Notes: generated by a model not told the origin, from the letters alone. A stretch of DNA of 64,000 nucleotides from a virus (IMGVR_UViG_3300049581_000247:7815-71814); one strand, 5' to 3'; counted from the first letter of the stretch, positions 19,273-29,681 are shown. Numbers and translations are program-made.

Positions 19273-20937
19273 TTAGCCGGCGTAGACCGTGCAGCCAGAG
19301 CCCGAGAGAATCGGGCAGGCATCGGCGAAGTTCTTGACGATCAGGTGCCGCTCGGGACGGTAGAGGGCCAGCGTCCAAGTCTGGGAACTCAGGCGGTAGG
19401 TCTTCTCGTTGAGCTGAATCACGCACTTCCAGTCGGCCGGGATGACGCGGGCATCCGGGAACTTCCGGGTGACCGACGCCGACCGGGCGATGCCGACATC
19501 GATGTCGCTGTAGTCCAGGAACCACGCATACCGCACCGCATTCTTGTGCGCCGTCGGGGTCGCCAGGAGCAGGTCATGGAAGAACGGGTCGGAAACCACG
19601 TCCAGCTCCACGCCGGCTTCGTCGAAGTCGTAGGTGTTGATCGAGAGGCCGGAGGTCTGGGCGAACTTTTCCGCCGGACCCTTGCCAATCTCCTGCGTGT
19701 AGGTGATGCCATACTTGGCCTTGTACCACGCCGCGAAGAGCTGCTTCATGCGGTTGGCGGTATTGCGGTCAGTCTGCATCGGGATGACCTCGACCGAGTC
19801 GCCCATGTTGCCTTCGCCCTCGCGGTTACGCTTGAGCTGGTACAGGGTCTCCGTCAGGGCGTCGAAGTTGAGGCGCTGGCCGGCCAAATCCATGACACGG
19901 GAGCACTCAGAGAGCTGGTACTCGATGCCCTTTGCGTTGGCCTTGTACTCGAGGACGCAGGACGGGTCGTCGATGTCAGTCACCTGGGGGAGTTTGCCAC
20001 TGCCCTGCCAGTTGTTGACGTCCTGGTACTCGTTGATGGGCTTGCCCTTGAAGACGGACATCCACCATTCCTCGTAGAAGCGCTTGTCCTGCTGCTTCAG
20101 CTGTTCGGCATACGGCAGCATGTTGAACACCTTGAAGAACTCGTTCATGTTCGGCGCCTGAATCGCCTTCAGGTATTCGTCCGAAACGACGTGGGCCTTG
20201 CGGCTCGTCTGGAGCCAGTAGAACACCAGGTTGTTGGGGTTGTCGACCGCGCCGTTGTAGCACCAGGACTCGTAGTCCGAGATGGAATTGGTGCCGCACA
20301 TCACGATGCCGCCCGTGGGGCGCCACGCCGACTTCTGCTGGGTCGTGTAGGTGTTCCAGGTCGCCTGGGTGACGTTGGGCTCGAGGACGATGGTCGCCGA
20401 GGGGACGCTGCCGACGGTCGTGTCGGTCGCACTGATGATCTTGAAGGCCGAGCTGACAGCGGCACCGCTCGAGGCAACAAAGTCGACAAAGACGTAGTTG
20501 CCGGCGAGGAAGTACCGGTCGATTCGGGGCAGCGTCTGCTGCCAGGGAGACGAGGTGTTCGTCACCGAGAGATTCCAGCGGTAGCCGTTGTTGTCGGAGC
20601 CAGTCGCCACGGCGAAATAGCCGGAGTTGACGATGGTCTTCTGGCGGTACGGGACGTAGGGAGCCAGGATCGACTTGGGCTGGCCGATGTTGATCTCAGA
20701 GACCCGCTTGGTGAAGTCCTTGAGACGACCCATGAGGATCATCGAGATAGGGCGCTGGGCGACGCCGCGCATCCCGGCCTCCGTCGCGGAGGCATAAACG
20801 CGCTGGAGGTCCTCTTGGTCCCCGAGCGCGGCGAACTGATCAGGGGTCATCGGGACCGCGCTGGCTCGGGTAAACGAGCAGCCAGAGCCGTCACGGATGT
20901 CGACCACCTTCGGCAAGCATTGGTTGAAATAAGCCAT
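19273..20937 (-). CDS. Major capsid protein (554 aa, with insertion domain)
   Basis: Portal-scaffold-MCP synteny, strongly GC3-biased codons, followed by a terminator; WLQTSR..VSDEY and C-terminal TWTLAL..PERH fit HK97/SU10-like capsids. Confidence 0.75.
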   Translation of the reverse strand: MAYFNQCLPKVVDIRDGSGCSFTRASAVPMTPDQFAALGDQEDLQRVYASATEAGMRGVAQRPISMILMGRLKDFTKRVSEINIGQPKSILAPYVPYRQKTIVNSGYFAVATGSDNNGYRWNLSVTNTSSPWQQTLPRIDRYFLAGNYVFVDFVASSGAAVSSAFKIISATDTTVGSVPSATIVLEPNVTQATWNTYTTQQKSAWRPTGGIVMCGTNSISDYESWCYNGAVDNPNNLVFYWLQTSRKAHVVSDEYLKAIQAPNMNEFFKVFNMLPYAEQLKQQDKRFYEEWWMSVFKGKPINEYQDVNNWQGSGKLPQVTDIDDPSCVLEYKANAKGIEYQLSECSRVMDLAGQRLNFDALTETLYQLKRNREGEGNMGDSVEVIPMQTDRNTANRMKQLFAAWYKAKYGITYTQEIGKGPAEKFAQTSGLSINTYDFDEAGVELDVVSDPFFHDLLLATPTAHKNAVRYAWFLDYSDIDVGIARSASVTRKFPDARVIPADWKCVIQLNEKTYRLSSQTWTLALYRPERHLIVKNFADACPILSGSGCTVYAG

Positions 20938-20993
20938 GTGAAACCCTTTTGGGTGTCACAGGAATGGCTGACCACTGACGCCGGGGAAAGGAA

Positions 20994-21024
20994 AGCCCCC
21001 TAAACTTTTACAGTTTAGGGGGCT
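20994..21024. promoter_or_regulatory. Perfect 13 bp hairpin between the scaffold and capsid genes
   Basis: AGCCCCCTAAACT-N5-AGTTTAGGGGGCT; on the minus strand followed by TTCCTTT. Confidence 0.65.
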
Positions 21025-21057
21025 ACATGAGCGCCGCCGGCAAGATGGATGCAGATG

Positions 21058-22587
21058 CTAGTTAGCCTTCTCTCCTTTAGCGCCAGAAAGCCCCAGAGAT
21101 TTCATGAAATTCGGCTCCTTGCCCCCGGCGCTTGGCTTGCTCTGGGGACCGGGGGATTTTGTCACGCCGGCCTTGGGCGGTGGCGCCTCGGTTTTCTTGG
21201 CAGTCGGCTCAACTTTCTTTTCCGCACCTGCGGCTCCGGGAGCGGCCTTTTTCGCCGAGAGTTTTTCCGAGATTTTCTGATGCCGCTCGCGAGCGGCCTT
21301 GATCCCGTCGATCGCCGCCTGCTTGTGAGAGGCCGCGATCATGTTGACCACATCGGCATCGGTGAACGTCGTGTATCGGCTCACATCCTTCTTGGCCTCG
21401 ACCATCTGGCCGTAGGCCTCCCGGGAAATGATGACCTTGCCGTTGCGCTCGATGGCCTTGCCCTCCTTGACTCGGCGATCAACAAACTGGCCCTGGGCGC
21501 CGATGAACTTAATAACCGAGTTATGGACCGGGTTGTCCTTGTCGTATTGGTCCACGCCCTTGGCGAGACGGAGGTAGCCTTGGGTGAGCTGGGTAGCCTT
21601 GAGCAGCTCGTCGCCGATCACCGGAGCCTCGATCGGGAATTCCTCCGAGACCTTGCGCGGGTCGGACCGGTAGACCTCCTCAATCTCCTTGCCCACGCCG
21701 CTCAAGATATCGGCCTCGACGTTGGTCACGGTGCGCTGGATAGCCGGGGAAAACCGGAGCTCGGCGATTTCCCGGTCGCGCTTCTCGATCTCGGGCTCGA
21801 TCTCCCGGCGAGCACGCGCGGCCGCCCGATCCTCGGCCTGCATCATGAAAAGCTCCTCGCGGTCACCCGACTGATAGGTCGGTTTATTCTCACGCACGAA
21901 AGCGCGATACTGCTCGTCATCGGGGTCGAACTTGCCGTTCTCCTTGACGGCGTTGGCGACGAACTGACGCTGCTTGCCGATCCACTCGAGCTCCCGCTTC
22001 GGCATATCCCTGTACTTCTCCGGCATCGCCTTGGCAGCATACTCGGCGAATTCGAGGTTCTTGACCTCGACCGGATGGAATCCAGCCCTGGAGTCATCTT
22101 TGCGTTCGGCCGCATCCGTCTTCTTCTCCGCTGAAGCCTCGCGCACGGCCTCGCGCACCGCATCTTTGATGTCGTCGGCGAGAAGCGGCTCCTGCTTCTT
22201 CGCTGGCGCTACCTTGCGGGCGCGCTTCTCCGTTGCCGCCTGCTCGGGCTCCTTCTCGGAATCGTCTTGAGTGTCAGAATCTCCCTCAGCCTCCGCGTTG
22301 CCGGAGTCCTCGGTCTTCTCTTCGGCCGATTCCTCGCCGCCGGCATCGTCTTTCGGCTTATCCTCAGGAGCCTCCTCGATGGATTCCCCTGCCGCCTGTT
22401 CCCCCTGGTCTTCATCTTCGTTTTCCTCGGGGAGCTTTTCTGCGACCGCTGGATCGGCGTAGTACCCCAGTGACTTGAGCATAGCAGATACCTTGGGGTC
22501 GCCGGCATCCTTTTTCTCGGCTGGCGCCGCACCTTCGTGGGTGGCGGCTGCTGCGGGTTTCTTTTGGTCGTCGTTTTCTGTGGCCAT
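21058..22587 (-). CDS. Capsid scaffolding protein (509 aa)
   Basis: Acidic disordered N-terminus, helical core, Lys/Ala/Pro tail; lies between portal and MCP. Confidence 0.7.
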   Translation of the reverse strand: MATENDDQKKPAAAATHEGAAPAEKKDAGDPKVSAMLKSLGYYADPAVAEKLPEENEDEDQGEQAAGESIEEAPEDKPKDDAGGEESAEEKTEDSGNAEAEGDSDTQDDSEKEPEQAATEKRARKVAPAKKQEPLLADDIKDAVREAVREASAEKKTDAAERKDDSRAGFHPVEVKNLEFAEYAAKAMPEKYRDMPKRELEWIGKQRQFVANAVKENGKFDPDDEQYRAFVRENKPTYQSGDREELFMMQAEDRAAARARREIEPEIEKRDREIAELRFSPAIQRTVTNVEADILSGVGKEIEEVYRSDPRKVSEEFPIEAPVIGDELLKATQLTQGYLRLAKGVDQYDKDNPVHNSVIKFIGAQGQFVDRRVKEGKAIERNGKVIISREAYGQMVEAKKDVSRYTTFTDADVVNMIAASHKQAAIDGIKAARERHQKISEKLSAKKAAPGAAGAEKKVEPTAKKTEAPPPKAGVTKSPGPQSKPSAGGKEPNFMKSLGLSGAKGEKAN

Positions 22588-22592
22588 GTTGG

Positions 22593-25148
22593 TTATGTAG
22601 TTGGAGTGGGTCCTGCAAAGTCGAGTGCACCCGATTCCATCGGAAGTTGCAAGCCGTTAAGCGGCGGAGCCCCGTTAGGAATGGTCGGTGAAACCGCCCC
22701 AGCCGGAGTTGGGAGCCGATTGGTCGATGCGGCAACCGCCGCCTGCATCGTGCGAGCGATGTTTGTGACCGCTTGTGACACCTTGGCGAGATTCTGCCGG
22801 TCCTCCTGCTGGGCTTGGGCAAGGGTGGTGACGGCCTCGTTCATCTTGCCGATCACATCCTTCACCTGGCCGACGATATCGGGCTGGGCCGCCTCCTGGG
22901 GGGCCATGCCGTCGGGCAGCTGGAGCTTGAAGTCGAAGCCAGACCCGAGATTGCGGGCGATCTCATTGACGAGCGAGACCAGCTTATCGCGCGGCACAAC
23001 CTGGCTGAGCGTGGGGCTCTGGCCGATGATCTGGAGGAGCTGCGTCAGGCTGGCCGCCACGACGGTCGATTGTGGGCGGTCCAACCCGTCCCGGCTCGTG
23101 AAGACGTAGTCGTTGACCAGCATCTCGCTGTCGACGGAGAGAAGATACCTCCCGCTCTTGGCGGTCTCGATTGTATCCGGGTCGCCATCGGTTTCGATCA
23201 CCTCGGCACCGAGCTTCTTGACGACGGACAACGGGTAACGATCCATCACCGGCAGATTGATCTCGTCGGAACCCAGGGCGACCGTCGACTCGGAGATGAT
23301 GCGCTTCTTTGCAGCCAGACCCTCCTCGATTCCAACCGTATGAAAATCACGGATTCCGAGAGTGGTGTTGTTGACGATATTGGCCTCGGTCGCAGTGATT
23401 TCGCGCGGGGCCACCTGCCCCAGTTCCTGCGGGGAGAAGAATAGGAGCCGCTCGGCGAAGGACAGGAGCTGGACGATCGTGCGGAATATCTCCGTGGTCT
23501 TCTCGGTTGTGGAAATCTCCACCGTCCGGAGCCGCTGCGTGCGCGCCGGGTCGATGTTCATGTCCTTCAGCTGCTCCGAGGAGTACTTGATCAGAATCGC
23601 CTTGGCCGCGTCGTAGTGCCGATTGTTGATCGAGTCCTCGAACTTCTGGATGTCGGCATCCTGCATGCCGTCCTTATTCAGCTCAAAGATGCGGGTAAGC
23701 CCCTGCACCTGCACCTCCAGAATCTGGGTCAGCAGATTGGAAATCTGATCCTGAAACGGCATCACCGAATGCGCGAAGGACGGGGAGTAGATGCGCGAGT
23801 CGTTCTCGTTGTAGTGGTAAACGCAGCCCGGAAGGGACGGTAGGGGCTCGGCATAGATCACCGTCTTGGTGCCGCCAATGACGAAACGAATCCACACGTA
23901 GCCATCGTAGTCGCAAATGCCGAAGTCGCTCGGCCTGACCCGCTCATACATGTAGGTAAGCGAGCAGCCGATATCGTCGTCGGCCTGGGCGTAGAAGGAC
24001 AGCGACGCCTTGCGGTCGTTGGCCATGCCCTGGAGGTTACCGAGCCGGTTGTTCGACGGGAACACGATCGTATCCGGATAGTACATCTGGAAGTACGCCA
24101 TGTTGTTCATGAACAGCTCCCAGGCGGCCGGATCGAGCTCGACAGCATCCCGGTTGTAGTAGCTCGTGTTCATCCGGATGTTACCAAACCGGGTGATATC
24201 CCAGAAGAAGGCGAACTGGGGGCCGGAGTCGCTATTGAGCTTGGCCAGCGGGTAGTTGATATCCCAGCCAACGCGGGATGGGTGGGGGGCGATGAATTCG
24301 ACGCCCTCGCGAACGATAATCTCTTTCTCCTCGTAGTCAGTCTCCTCGGGACCGATGCCGGTCGTCCCGTCGCTAGCCCTCTTCACCCGGACCAGCTGTG
24401 TTTCCTTATCCCAGGAAGCCCGGACAAACTCGACCTGATGGCCGTAGCAGGAAGCGTCGCGAACGGACTGCACAACATCATGGCGGTAACCATACTGGTC
24501 GGACATGATTTCCGCCCGCTGCGTCATAAGGTCGGATCGCAGCTTGGCCACCTGGGCCGTCCCGCGCGCATCGTACTTGAGAAACGGGAAGCGGGTGCTG
24601 ATGGGTGTCGCCACGGCGGCGACGCGGCGCGTGGTGAGGGAATGGACCAGGTTGTACTGAATCTCCTGGAACTTCGGCAGATTAACCTTGAACGGCCTGC
24701 CCGATGTCTTGTCACACTCGAACAGGCGTTTGGACATGTCGGGGGACAGGCCATCGATCTCCCTGTGGCATTGGTTCAGGTCGATGTGCCCCTGCGCCAT
24801 CATCATCAGCGGCCAATTGTACCGGGTGATCGGGGTCGCATCCATCGCGATGTCGACGGGGCCATAAAGCCGGTAGCTGTCAAAGCTACGCTGCCAACCC
24901 TCCTGCATTCTTCGCTGAAAGCGCTCCTCGAAGAACTTGCGAATCTGGTAGTCGGTCGGATTCTCCGGGAGGTTCAGCACGCCGGACGACACCTGGGAGG
25001 CGCCAAGCTGCTCACCCGGCTCAGCGAACTTGGAGTTCTCCTGGGAGATGGGTTCAGTGCTGGCCTGATCGGGCTTAGCCGTGAAGATTTCCTTCAGACG
25101 ATCCGTCGTCAGTCCCTTGCTCTTGAGAACCTTGAAGTCTAGTCCCAT
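22593..25148 (-). CDS. Portal protein (851 aa)
   Basis: Size, position downstream of terminase, P22-like features (DASCYGH, helical wing, C-terminal coiled-coil barrel). Confidence 0.75.
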   Translation of the reverse strand: MGLDFKVLKSKGLTTDRLKEIFTAKPDQASTEPISQENSKFAEPGEQLGASQVSSGVLNLPENPTDYQIRKFFEERFQRRMQEGWQRSFDSYRLYGPVDIAMDATPITRYNWPLMMMAQGHIDLNQCHREIDGLSPDMSKRLFECDKTSGRPFKVNLPKFQEIQYNLVHSLTTRRVAAVATPISTRFPFLKYDARGTAQVAKLRSDLMTQRAEIMSDQYGYRHDVVQSVRDASCYGHQVEFVRASWDKETQLVRVKRASDGTTGIGPEETDYEEKEIIVREGVEFIAPHPSRVGWDINYPLAKLNSDSGPQFAFFWDITRFGNIRMNTSYYNRDAVELDPAAWELFMNNMAYFQMYYPDTIVFPSNNRLGNLQGMANDRKASLSFYAQADDDIGCSLTYMYERVRPSDFGICDYDGYVWIRFVIGGTKTVIYAEPLPSLPGCVYHYNENDSRIYSPSFAHSVMPFQDQISNLLTQILEVQVQGLTRIFELNKDGMQDADIQKFEDSINNRHYDAAKAILIKYSSEQLKDMNIDPARTQRLRTVEISTTEKTTEIFRTIVQLLSFAERLLFFSPQELGQVAPREITATEANIVNNTTLGIRDFHTVGIEEGLAAKKRIISESTVALGSDEINLPVMDRYPLSVVKKLGAEVIETDGDPDTIETAKSGRYLLSVDSEMLVNDYVFTSRDGLDRPQSTVVAASLTQLLQIIGQSPTLSQVVPRDKLVSLVNEIARNLGSGFDFKLQLPDGMAPQEAAQPDIVGQVKDVIGKMNEAVTTLAQAQQEDRQNLAKVSQAVTNIARTMQAAVAASTNRLPTPAGAVSPTIPNGAPPLNGLQLPMESGALDFAGPTPTT

Positions 25149-25458
25149 GGAATAATTCGCCTTTTGGTGGTAAGCCGGTGGTTACCTGCTCTACGAAACG
25201 CCAAAATAGCGCAAGCAAAATACCTTCGGAAAGTCGGAACGAATTATTCTCGAGCCTGGCCCTGGTCTCGGCCGGCATCAACCCGATGCGGGCGCCAAGC
25301 TCGGTTGGGGTTTCATTCAGGGCCGAGGCCAGCCGCAGGAATCTATCCCGCCCCCACCTGTCGCACCCCATCAGCCGGTAGTTGGCACGGATCAGCGCGT
25401 AGGTCGGCGAGTGATCAGACGGCGGCGGGATATCGTCCTTAGTCGTTTTCGCTGGCAT
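25075..25458 (-). CDS. Hypothetical HTH-like protein (127 aa)
   Basis: RLASALNETPTELGARIGL helix-turn-helix-like; last 74 nt overlap the portal start. Confidence 0.5.
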   Translation of the reverse strand: MPAKTTKDDIPPPSDHSPTYALIRANYRLMGCDRWGRDRFLRLASALNETPTELGARIGLMPAETRARLENNSFRLSEGILLALFWRFVEQVTTGLPPKGELFHGTRLQGSQEQGTDDGSSEGNLHG

Positions 25459-25831
25459 ACCCATCCCTCGGGCCGGACAGCACCGCCAACGCCGGGGAAC
25501 TCTCTTCATCCTCTTCATCATCCGAGCCATCGTCCTCATCGGAGGAAGAGTCAGTCATGTCGCCCATCTCGATGATATCGAACTTGATATCGTAGTGCGT
25601 CTTGCCGTTCTCGTCGGTCTTGGCGAGGCGCTTGACCTTCAACTTGAAGGGAGCCTCGACAACATCACCCTCGTTGAGATCGGCGGCGCCCATCAGCTCA
25701 GCGAGCTTGCCGCACGCATCGATGCTCGGGTAGATTTTCTCGTTGTCGTAGTCCTTCTTGCCTCCGGCAACGGTCTCTTCACGGGGATATTGATCCTTCC
25801 GCTTGATCCCGAGATCGGTCATGTCGCTCAT
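25439..25831 (-). CDS. Hypothetical protein with acidic tail (130 aa)
   Basis: ORF track; beta-rich core and poly-D/E C-terminus. Confidence 0.7.
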   Translation of the reverse strand: MSDMTDLGIKRKDQYPREETVAGGKKDYDNEKIYPSIDACGKLAELMGAADLNEGDVVEAPFKLKVKRLAKTDENGKTHYDIKFDIIEMGDMTDSSSDEDDGSDDEEDEESSPALAVLSGPRDGYASEND

Positions 25832-25871
25832 AGTGAGCCGAACTGACGGTCTTACCCCATGCCAGTCAAGG

Positions 25872-27485
25872 TTAAACCACGACCTCCACTGCGCCGGGCT
25901 TGGTCTCGAAGAAGCCCCGCTTCATGCAGTACTTTCGGAAGTACATCGGATAAGTCATGGCATCGAACGGATGCTTCCACTTCGATGTCGGATCGGGAGA
26001 GTCCGGCTGGTCCTTGGCGCGCGGAAGATTGAAGAACATGCCCTTGACGCCCTTGCAGGTGGCCGAGATCAGGATTTGCCGGTCCATCAGGAGCTCCACG
26101 GTCAAGCCAACGCGGGCCGGGACCGACCCGGGCGGCTTTGGGCATTCCACCATGCGGACGGCCTCCAGATTTCCATATCGCTCAGGGTTGCCGGCGATGA
26201 TCTCCTTGGTGTACTCGTAAATATCGGACGCATCGGTCGAGCCCTTGGCCGCCTGGAATTGATTGAAGGCGGAGTTGTCGGAGATGTGGCGGAATTGGAA
26301 TCCATACTTCATGCGCCGGCACCAGTAGGCCATCTTTTCCAGCATCGCATGCGACAGCTTGCGGTAAGGAAGGTGTTTTCCGGTGTAGTAGATTTCATCG
26401 AAGATAATCCAATACGGACCAAACTTGGTCTCCATGCACTGCATGAACACGATGCCGCTGTTCACCTTGCCGAGGTCGTATCCCATCACGATGGGATAAC
26501 CGGGATGCGGCACCAGCCCGCGCCCCATCTTCGCATCGCCGACCACGTGCTGCGCTTCCGAGAAGAACAACTTGAAGATGGCGTCACCCTTGGGGTAGGC
26601 CATCCATCGCCCATCGATGAGCCGCTTGTAAAGGATTGGGTCAGACCGGAAACTACGCTCCAGCTTTGCCCTGTAGCCAGCGGGCAGACGATGCGCGTTC
26701 TCTCCGAACGGGACAAAATAAACCGAGAGCGCGGGGTCTCGGACGATTCCCGGCCGCTCAGGGTCGTTCGGCCACACTCGGCCGCGCGGATCGCCTTCAT
26801 CAAGGACGTAGGCTTCGTCCTCGTAACACAGGGTATAGACCCAGTGATCCGGGTCTTCTGGATTGCAAGTTGCGAGGTACTGCTGGGGGCCGGTGATGCC
26901 CTGACGGCGCCCAAGCTGGGCGTGTGGGAATGTGAAATAATCCCGGCTGGAACAATTCGTTAGCTCCTCCACGTAAATCTGGGAGGGTGCAGGACCCTTG
27001 ATGCGCGACTGCACCATCGAAGCATGCGGGATGGATTTTAGCATCAGCTTGGACCATCCAGTCTGACGGTTGCCAACCCACATGTGGCGGTCCTTGGTCA
27101 CTGAGTCCATGCGCCAGGGCATCGCATCCAGTCCGATGCCGGAAACCCAGCGCGGGATAACCTGATTCTCTAGGTCATAACCAAAGCCCTCGTAACCCGT
27201 GGTCTGGGTTGGGGCGATAGCGATCGTCAGGGCGTTGTAGTTCTCGTAGAGATGGCGGATCACCTTATCTCCAGCCCCGTAGCTTTTCCCGCTGCCTTTC
27301 GGGCCTACCATGATGACGATTTCAGCCGGGTCCTCGAAGGCGAGTCGCTGAGTCGGATTCAGGTCGGGGTACCATCCGTCCGACCGTGTTCGCCTCGGCT
27401 TCTTGGCCGGCGGCGGCTCATCCGGCTCGTTCACGCTCTCAACCAGAGCACGGGCCATCAGATCATCATCGTTCTTGGAGGCCAT
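25872..27485 (-). CDS. terL: Terminase large subunit (537 aa)
   Basis: Walker A GPKGSGKS, Walker B IYVEE, coupling motif ATCNP, nuclease MGYDLG and KHPFDAMTY. Confidence 0.92.
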   Translation of the reverse strand: MASKNDDDLMARALVESVNEPDEPPPAKKPRRTRSDGWYPDLNPTQRLAFEDPAEIVIMVGPKGSGKSYGAGDKVIRHLYENYNALTIAIAPTQTTGYEGFGYDLENQVIPRWVSGIGLDAMPWRMDSVTKDRHMWVGNRQTGWSKLMLKSIPHASMVQSRIKGPAPSQIYVEELTNCSSRDYFTFPHAQLGRRQGITGPQQYLATCNPEDPDHWVYTLCYEDEAYVLDEGDPRGRVWPNDPERPGIVRDPALSVYFVPFGENAHRLPAGYRAKLERSFRSDPILYKRLIDGRWMAYPKGDAIFKLFFSEAQHVVGDAKMGRGLVPHPGYPIVMGYDLGKVNSGIVFMQCMETKFGPYWIIFDEIYYTGKHLPYRKLSHAMLEKMAYWCRRMKYGFQFRHISDNSAFNQFQAAKGSTDASDIYEYTKEIIAGNPERYGNLEAVRMVECPKPPGSVPARVGLTVELLMDRQILISATCKGVKGMFFNLPRAKDQPDSPDPTSKWKHPFDAMTYPMYFRKYCMKRGFFETKPGAVEVVV

Positions 27486-28414
27486 TATTCAGCCTTAGGT
27501 TGGCCATCATCATCCGGAACATCCTCGGTCTCGATCGCAGCGACCTTCACATCGCTGCCATCCTTCTGGTTGACCGAGACCATGACGCCAAACCCGGGCT
27601 TCTTCGGTCTGCTGCCGCCAGACCCCTTCGCGTCCTTCTCCATCTCCTTGGCCTTGAGCCGCAACATCTGAGTGCGCTGGACCTGCTGATTGATCTGCCG
27701 AATCTCAGCCGAGACTGCGACCATCGCATAGACCCAGTCCCGCTCGGTGTTGACCGGCATGCCGGCGCCATCCACCTCCTCGGGAAGTTGCTGTTTGTCG
27801 AGCTTGTCCTTGTAGGTCTTGAGCAGGTCGATCAGCTGCACAAAGCCGAACATGAGACCGCCATGAGTCAGGTTGAGCATGTCGCCGATTGGCCGCTGGG
27901 CGAACTTCTCCATCGAAATAAGCGTCTCAGCCTTGGCCGGCGAAATCCCGAGGTCGGCGAAGTCCCCTTTGGTCAGGGCCTTCTCCTGCACTGACATCGC
28001 CTCAATCTCCTTGATCTCCTCCGGAGCCAGGATAGCGGTGCGCGCGATCGTGTCGAGCTGCTCAACCGTCATCGCATCGGGGTCGCGAGACGGGTGGGTA
28101 GCCGACAGGAAGTTATTTTTCAGGACTAGTTTGTAGGCCGCCTGATAATTCAGGCCAAGCTTGGCTGCCGCAGCAGCGATGTTGCCGTTGACCTCCGGGA
28201 GCTGGAGCGTCCGGGCCAAGACTTTCGTGACGAGCTTCTTCGCCCTGTCCCGATCCATCTCGAGCAGGTCGGCGGCGGCGCTGATTGATCCATTTACGTC
28301 AGGGTGGCTCAAGGCCTCCATGACGATGGCAATCTCCTGCTCGCGGTATCTTACCGCCGGAGCGTTTGCAGGTTTATCCTGGGTTGGCGCTTCTGGTAGC
28401 TCGGTGGTTGGCAC
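27485..28414 (-). CDS. Probable terminase small subunit with two Fis-like HTH repeats (309 aa)
   Basis: VNGSISAAADLLEMD and VNGNIAAAAAKLGLN repeats; immediately upstream of terL. Confidence 0.55.
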   Translation of the reverse strand: MPTTELPEAPTQDKPANAPAVRYREQEIAIVMEALSHPDVNGSISAAADLLEMDRDRAKKLVTKVLARTLQLPEVNGNIAAAAAKLGLNYQAAYKLVLKNNFLSATHPSRDPDAMTVEQLDTIARTAILAPEEIKEIEAMSVQEKALTKGDFADLGISPAKAETLISMEKFAQRPIGDMLNLTHGGLMFGFVQLIDLLKTYKDKLDKQQLPEEVDGAGMPVNTERDWVYAMVAVSAEIRQINQQVQRTQMLRLKAKEMEKDAKGSGGSRPKKPGFGVMVSVNQKDGSDVKVAAIETEDVPDDDGQPKAE

Positions 28415-28444
28415 TGTTCCCGTCTAGGGACAGGCGGCCTACAG

Positions 28445-28717
28445 TCAACTTCCAGTTTTCACATTCTCCGGCTCAACAGCCAGTTCGATAAGCTCAATGT
28501 GTCCGTTACACATGTAGGACCTGCCGCACTCCGGACACTTAACTGCATAGGCAAAATCGCCGTCGAAGTGGGAGTGGCATCCGCAAATGCAATGAATGTC
28601 CATACAGACATCGGTTCCCTTCCACTGGACCCAACCGTGCGGTTTCCCGGGGAATGTCTCCTGGATGTCCCAGGCGTCTTTGATGGTTTCGGCCTTCTTG
28701 CTCATGTCCTTGCTCAT
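28445..28717 (-). CDS. Small zinc-binding hypothetical protein
   Basis: WVQWKGTDVCMDIHCICG..KCPECG. Confidence 0.7.
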   Translation of the reverse strand: MSKDMSKKAETIKDAWDIQETFPGKPHGWVQWKGTDVCMDIHCICGCHSHFDGDFAYAVKCPECGRSYMCNGHIELIELAVEPENVKTGS

Positions 28718-29016
28718 CGCCGGGTCCTCTTCCTCGAGGCGCACCTGACCCCGTACTCGCGCATGGCCAGGGCAACCTCGGTCAAGAGCTCAACCCCGAG
28801 GATGGAGACATCGTCACTCAAGACCCACTTTGCGATGCCGCCAAAGTAGCCCCTACTGTCGTAAGCCACAACCTGCCATTCGATCTGGCTCCAGTCGCTG
28901 TACTGCGGGATGTAGCGGAACCGGAGCTTGCAGCCCTTGAGCTTGCCCCAGCCCGACCGGTGGTGCTTGATAATGGGTAGGCTCACTTGTACTGCCCCTC
29001 CCGGGTCGTTGTCCAC
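28714..29016 (-). CDS. Hypothetical protein (100 aa)
   Basis: ORF track; stop overlaps the next start. Confidence 0.55.
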   Translation of the reverse strand: MDNDPGGAVQVSLPIIKHHRSGWGKLKGCKLRFRYIPQYSDWSQIEWQVVAYDSRGYFGGIAKWVLSDDVSILGVELLTEVALAMREYGVRCASRKRTRR

Positions 29017-29129
29017 CTGATCGACTTGCGGCAGCGATCCATGGCTGCATCCAGTCCGGCCCCCCAGTGGGACAGAATCTGGCGGTGATAGTTTTTACGG
29101 GACTTGGTGGTTGGTTTTTGCATGGGAAA

Positions 29130-29681
29130 TTAGCAACCGCAGCGGAAGCCGACTCCATCGCGGTGGGACTGCGAGAAACGCCGATCGAGGACGATCTCGA
29201 GCATGTCCCACAGTCTGTCGTAATCGGCGCCAAGCTCCTCCCTGCTATGCAGGTCGGTGCCGGCGTAGAAGTGGTCATTGCCGGCAGCGGCCGCTGCGAG
29301 CATGTCTTCGTAGGACATGCTCCACTCGGTAGCAAAATCACGCAGCCATTTCTCGGCCTCTGCCTTCCTGCCGGGTTCCATAGCCTTCGGTGTCGCATTG
29401 ACAAATGCGGGGTGGCTCCAGTGGTGCCGCATCCCGGTCACCGTGCCCGGAAAAAGGCAGAGCCAGAATCTCTGGCCCTGGCGCACATGCTCGGTGCGGA
29501 ACGGATCGACCACACCGATCGCCGCGACAGACTGAGACGCCCTAAGCGCCTTGCCATCGATCAGCCCCACCCGGTCGCCCGGCCTCAGGTCCATCGCCGC
29601 CAGGACCGGTGCCACCGCCATGTGGACGGCGTCTGTTTCTGCGTCATTCTCGGGCGTAACGCCCAGTTTTACATCGCTCAT
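29130..29681 (-). CDS. Conserved phage hypothetical protein (183 aa)
   Basis: DAVHMAVAPV..GVVDPF..QRFWLCLFPGTVTGMRHHWSHPAF, a pattern familiar from phage hypotheticals; start reassigned to ATG 29681. Confidence 0.7.
   Translation of the reverse strand: MSDVKLGVTPENDAETDAVHMAVAPVLAAMDLRPGDRVGLIDGKALRASQSVAAIGVVDPFRTEHVRQGQRFWLCLFPGTVTGMRHHWSHPAFVNATPKAMEPGRKAEAEKWLRDFATEWSMSYEDMLAAAAAGNDHFYAGTDLHSREELGADYDRLWDMLEIVLDRRFSQSHRDGVGFRCGC

Noticed and set aside
19183-21003. 606 aa plus-strand ORF
   Set aside because: In-register shadow of the major capsid gene
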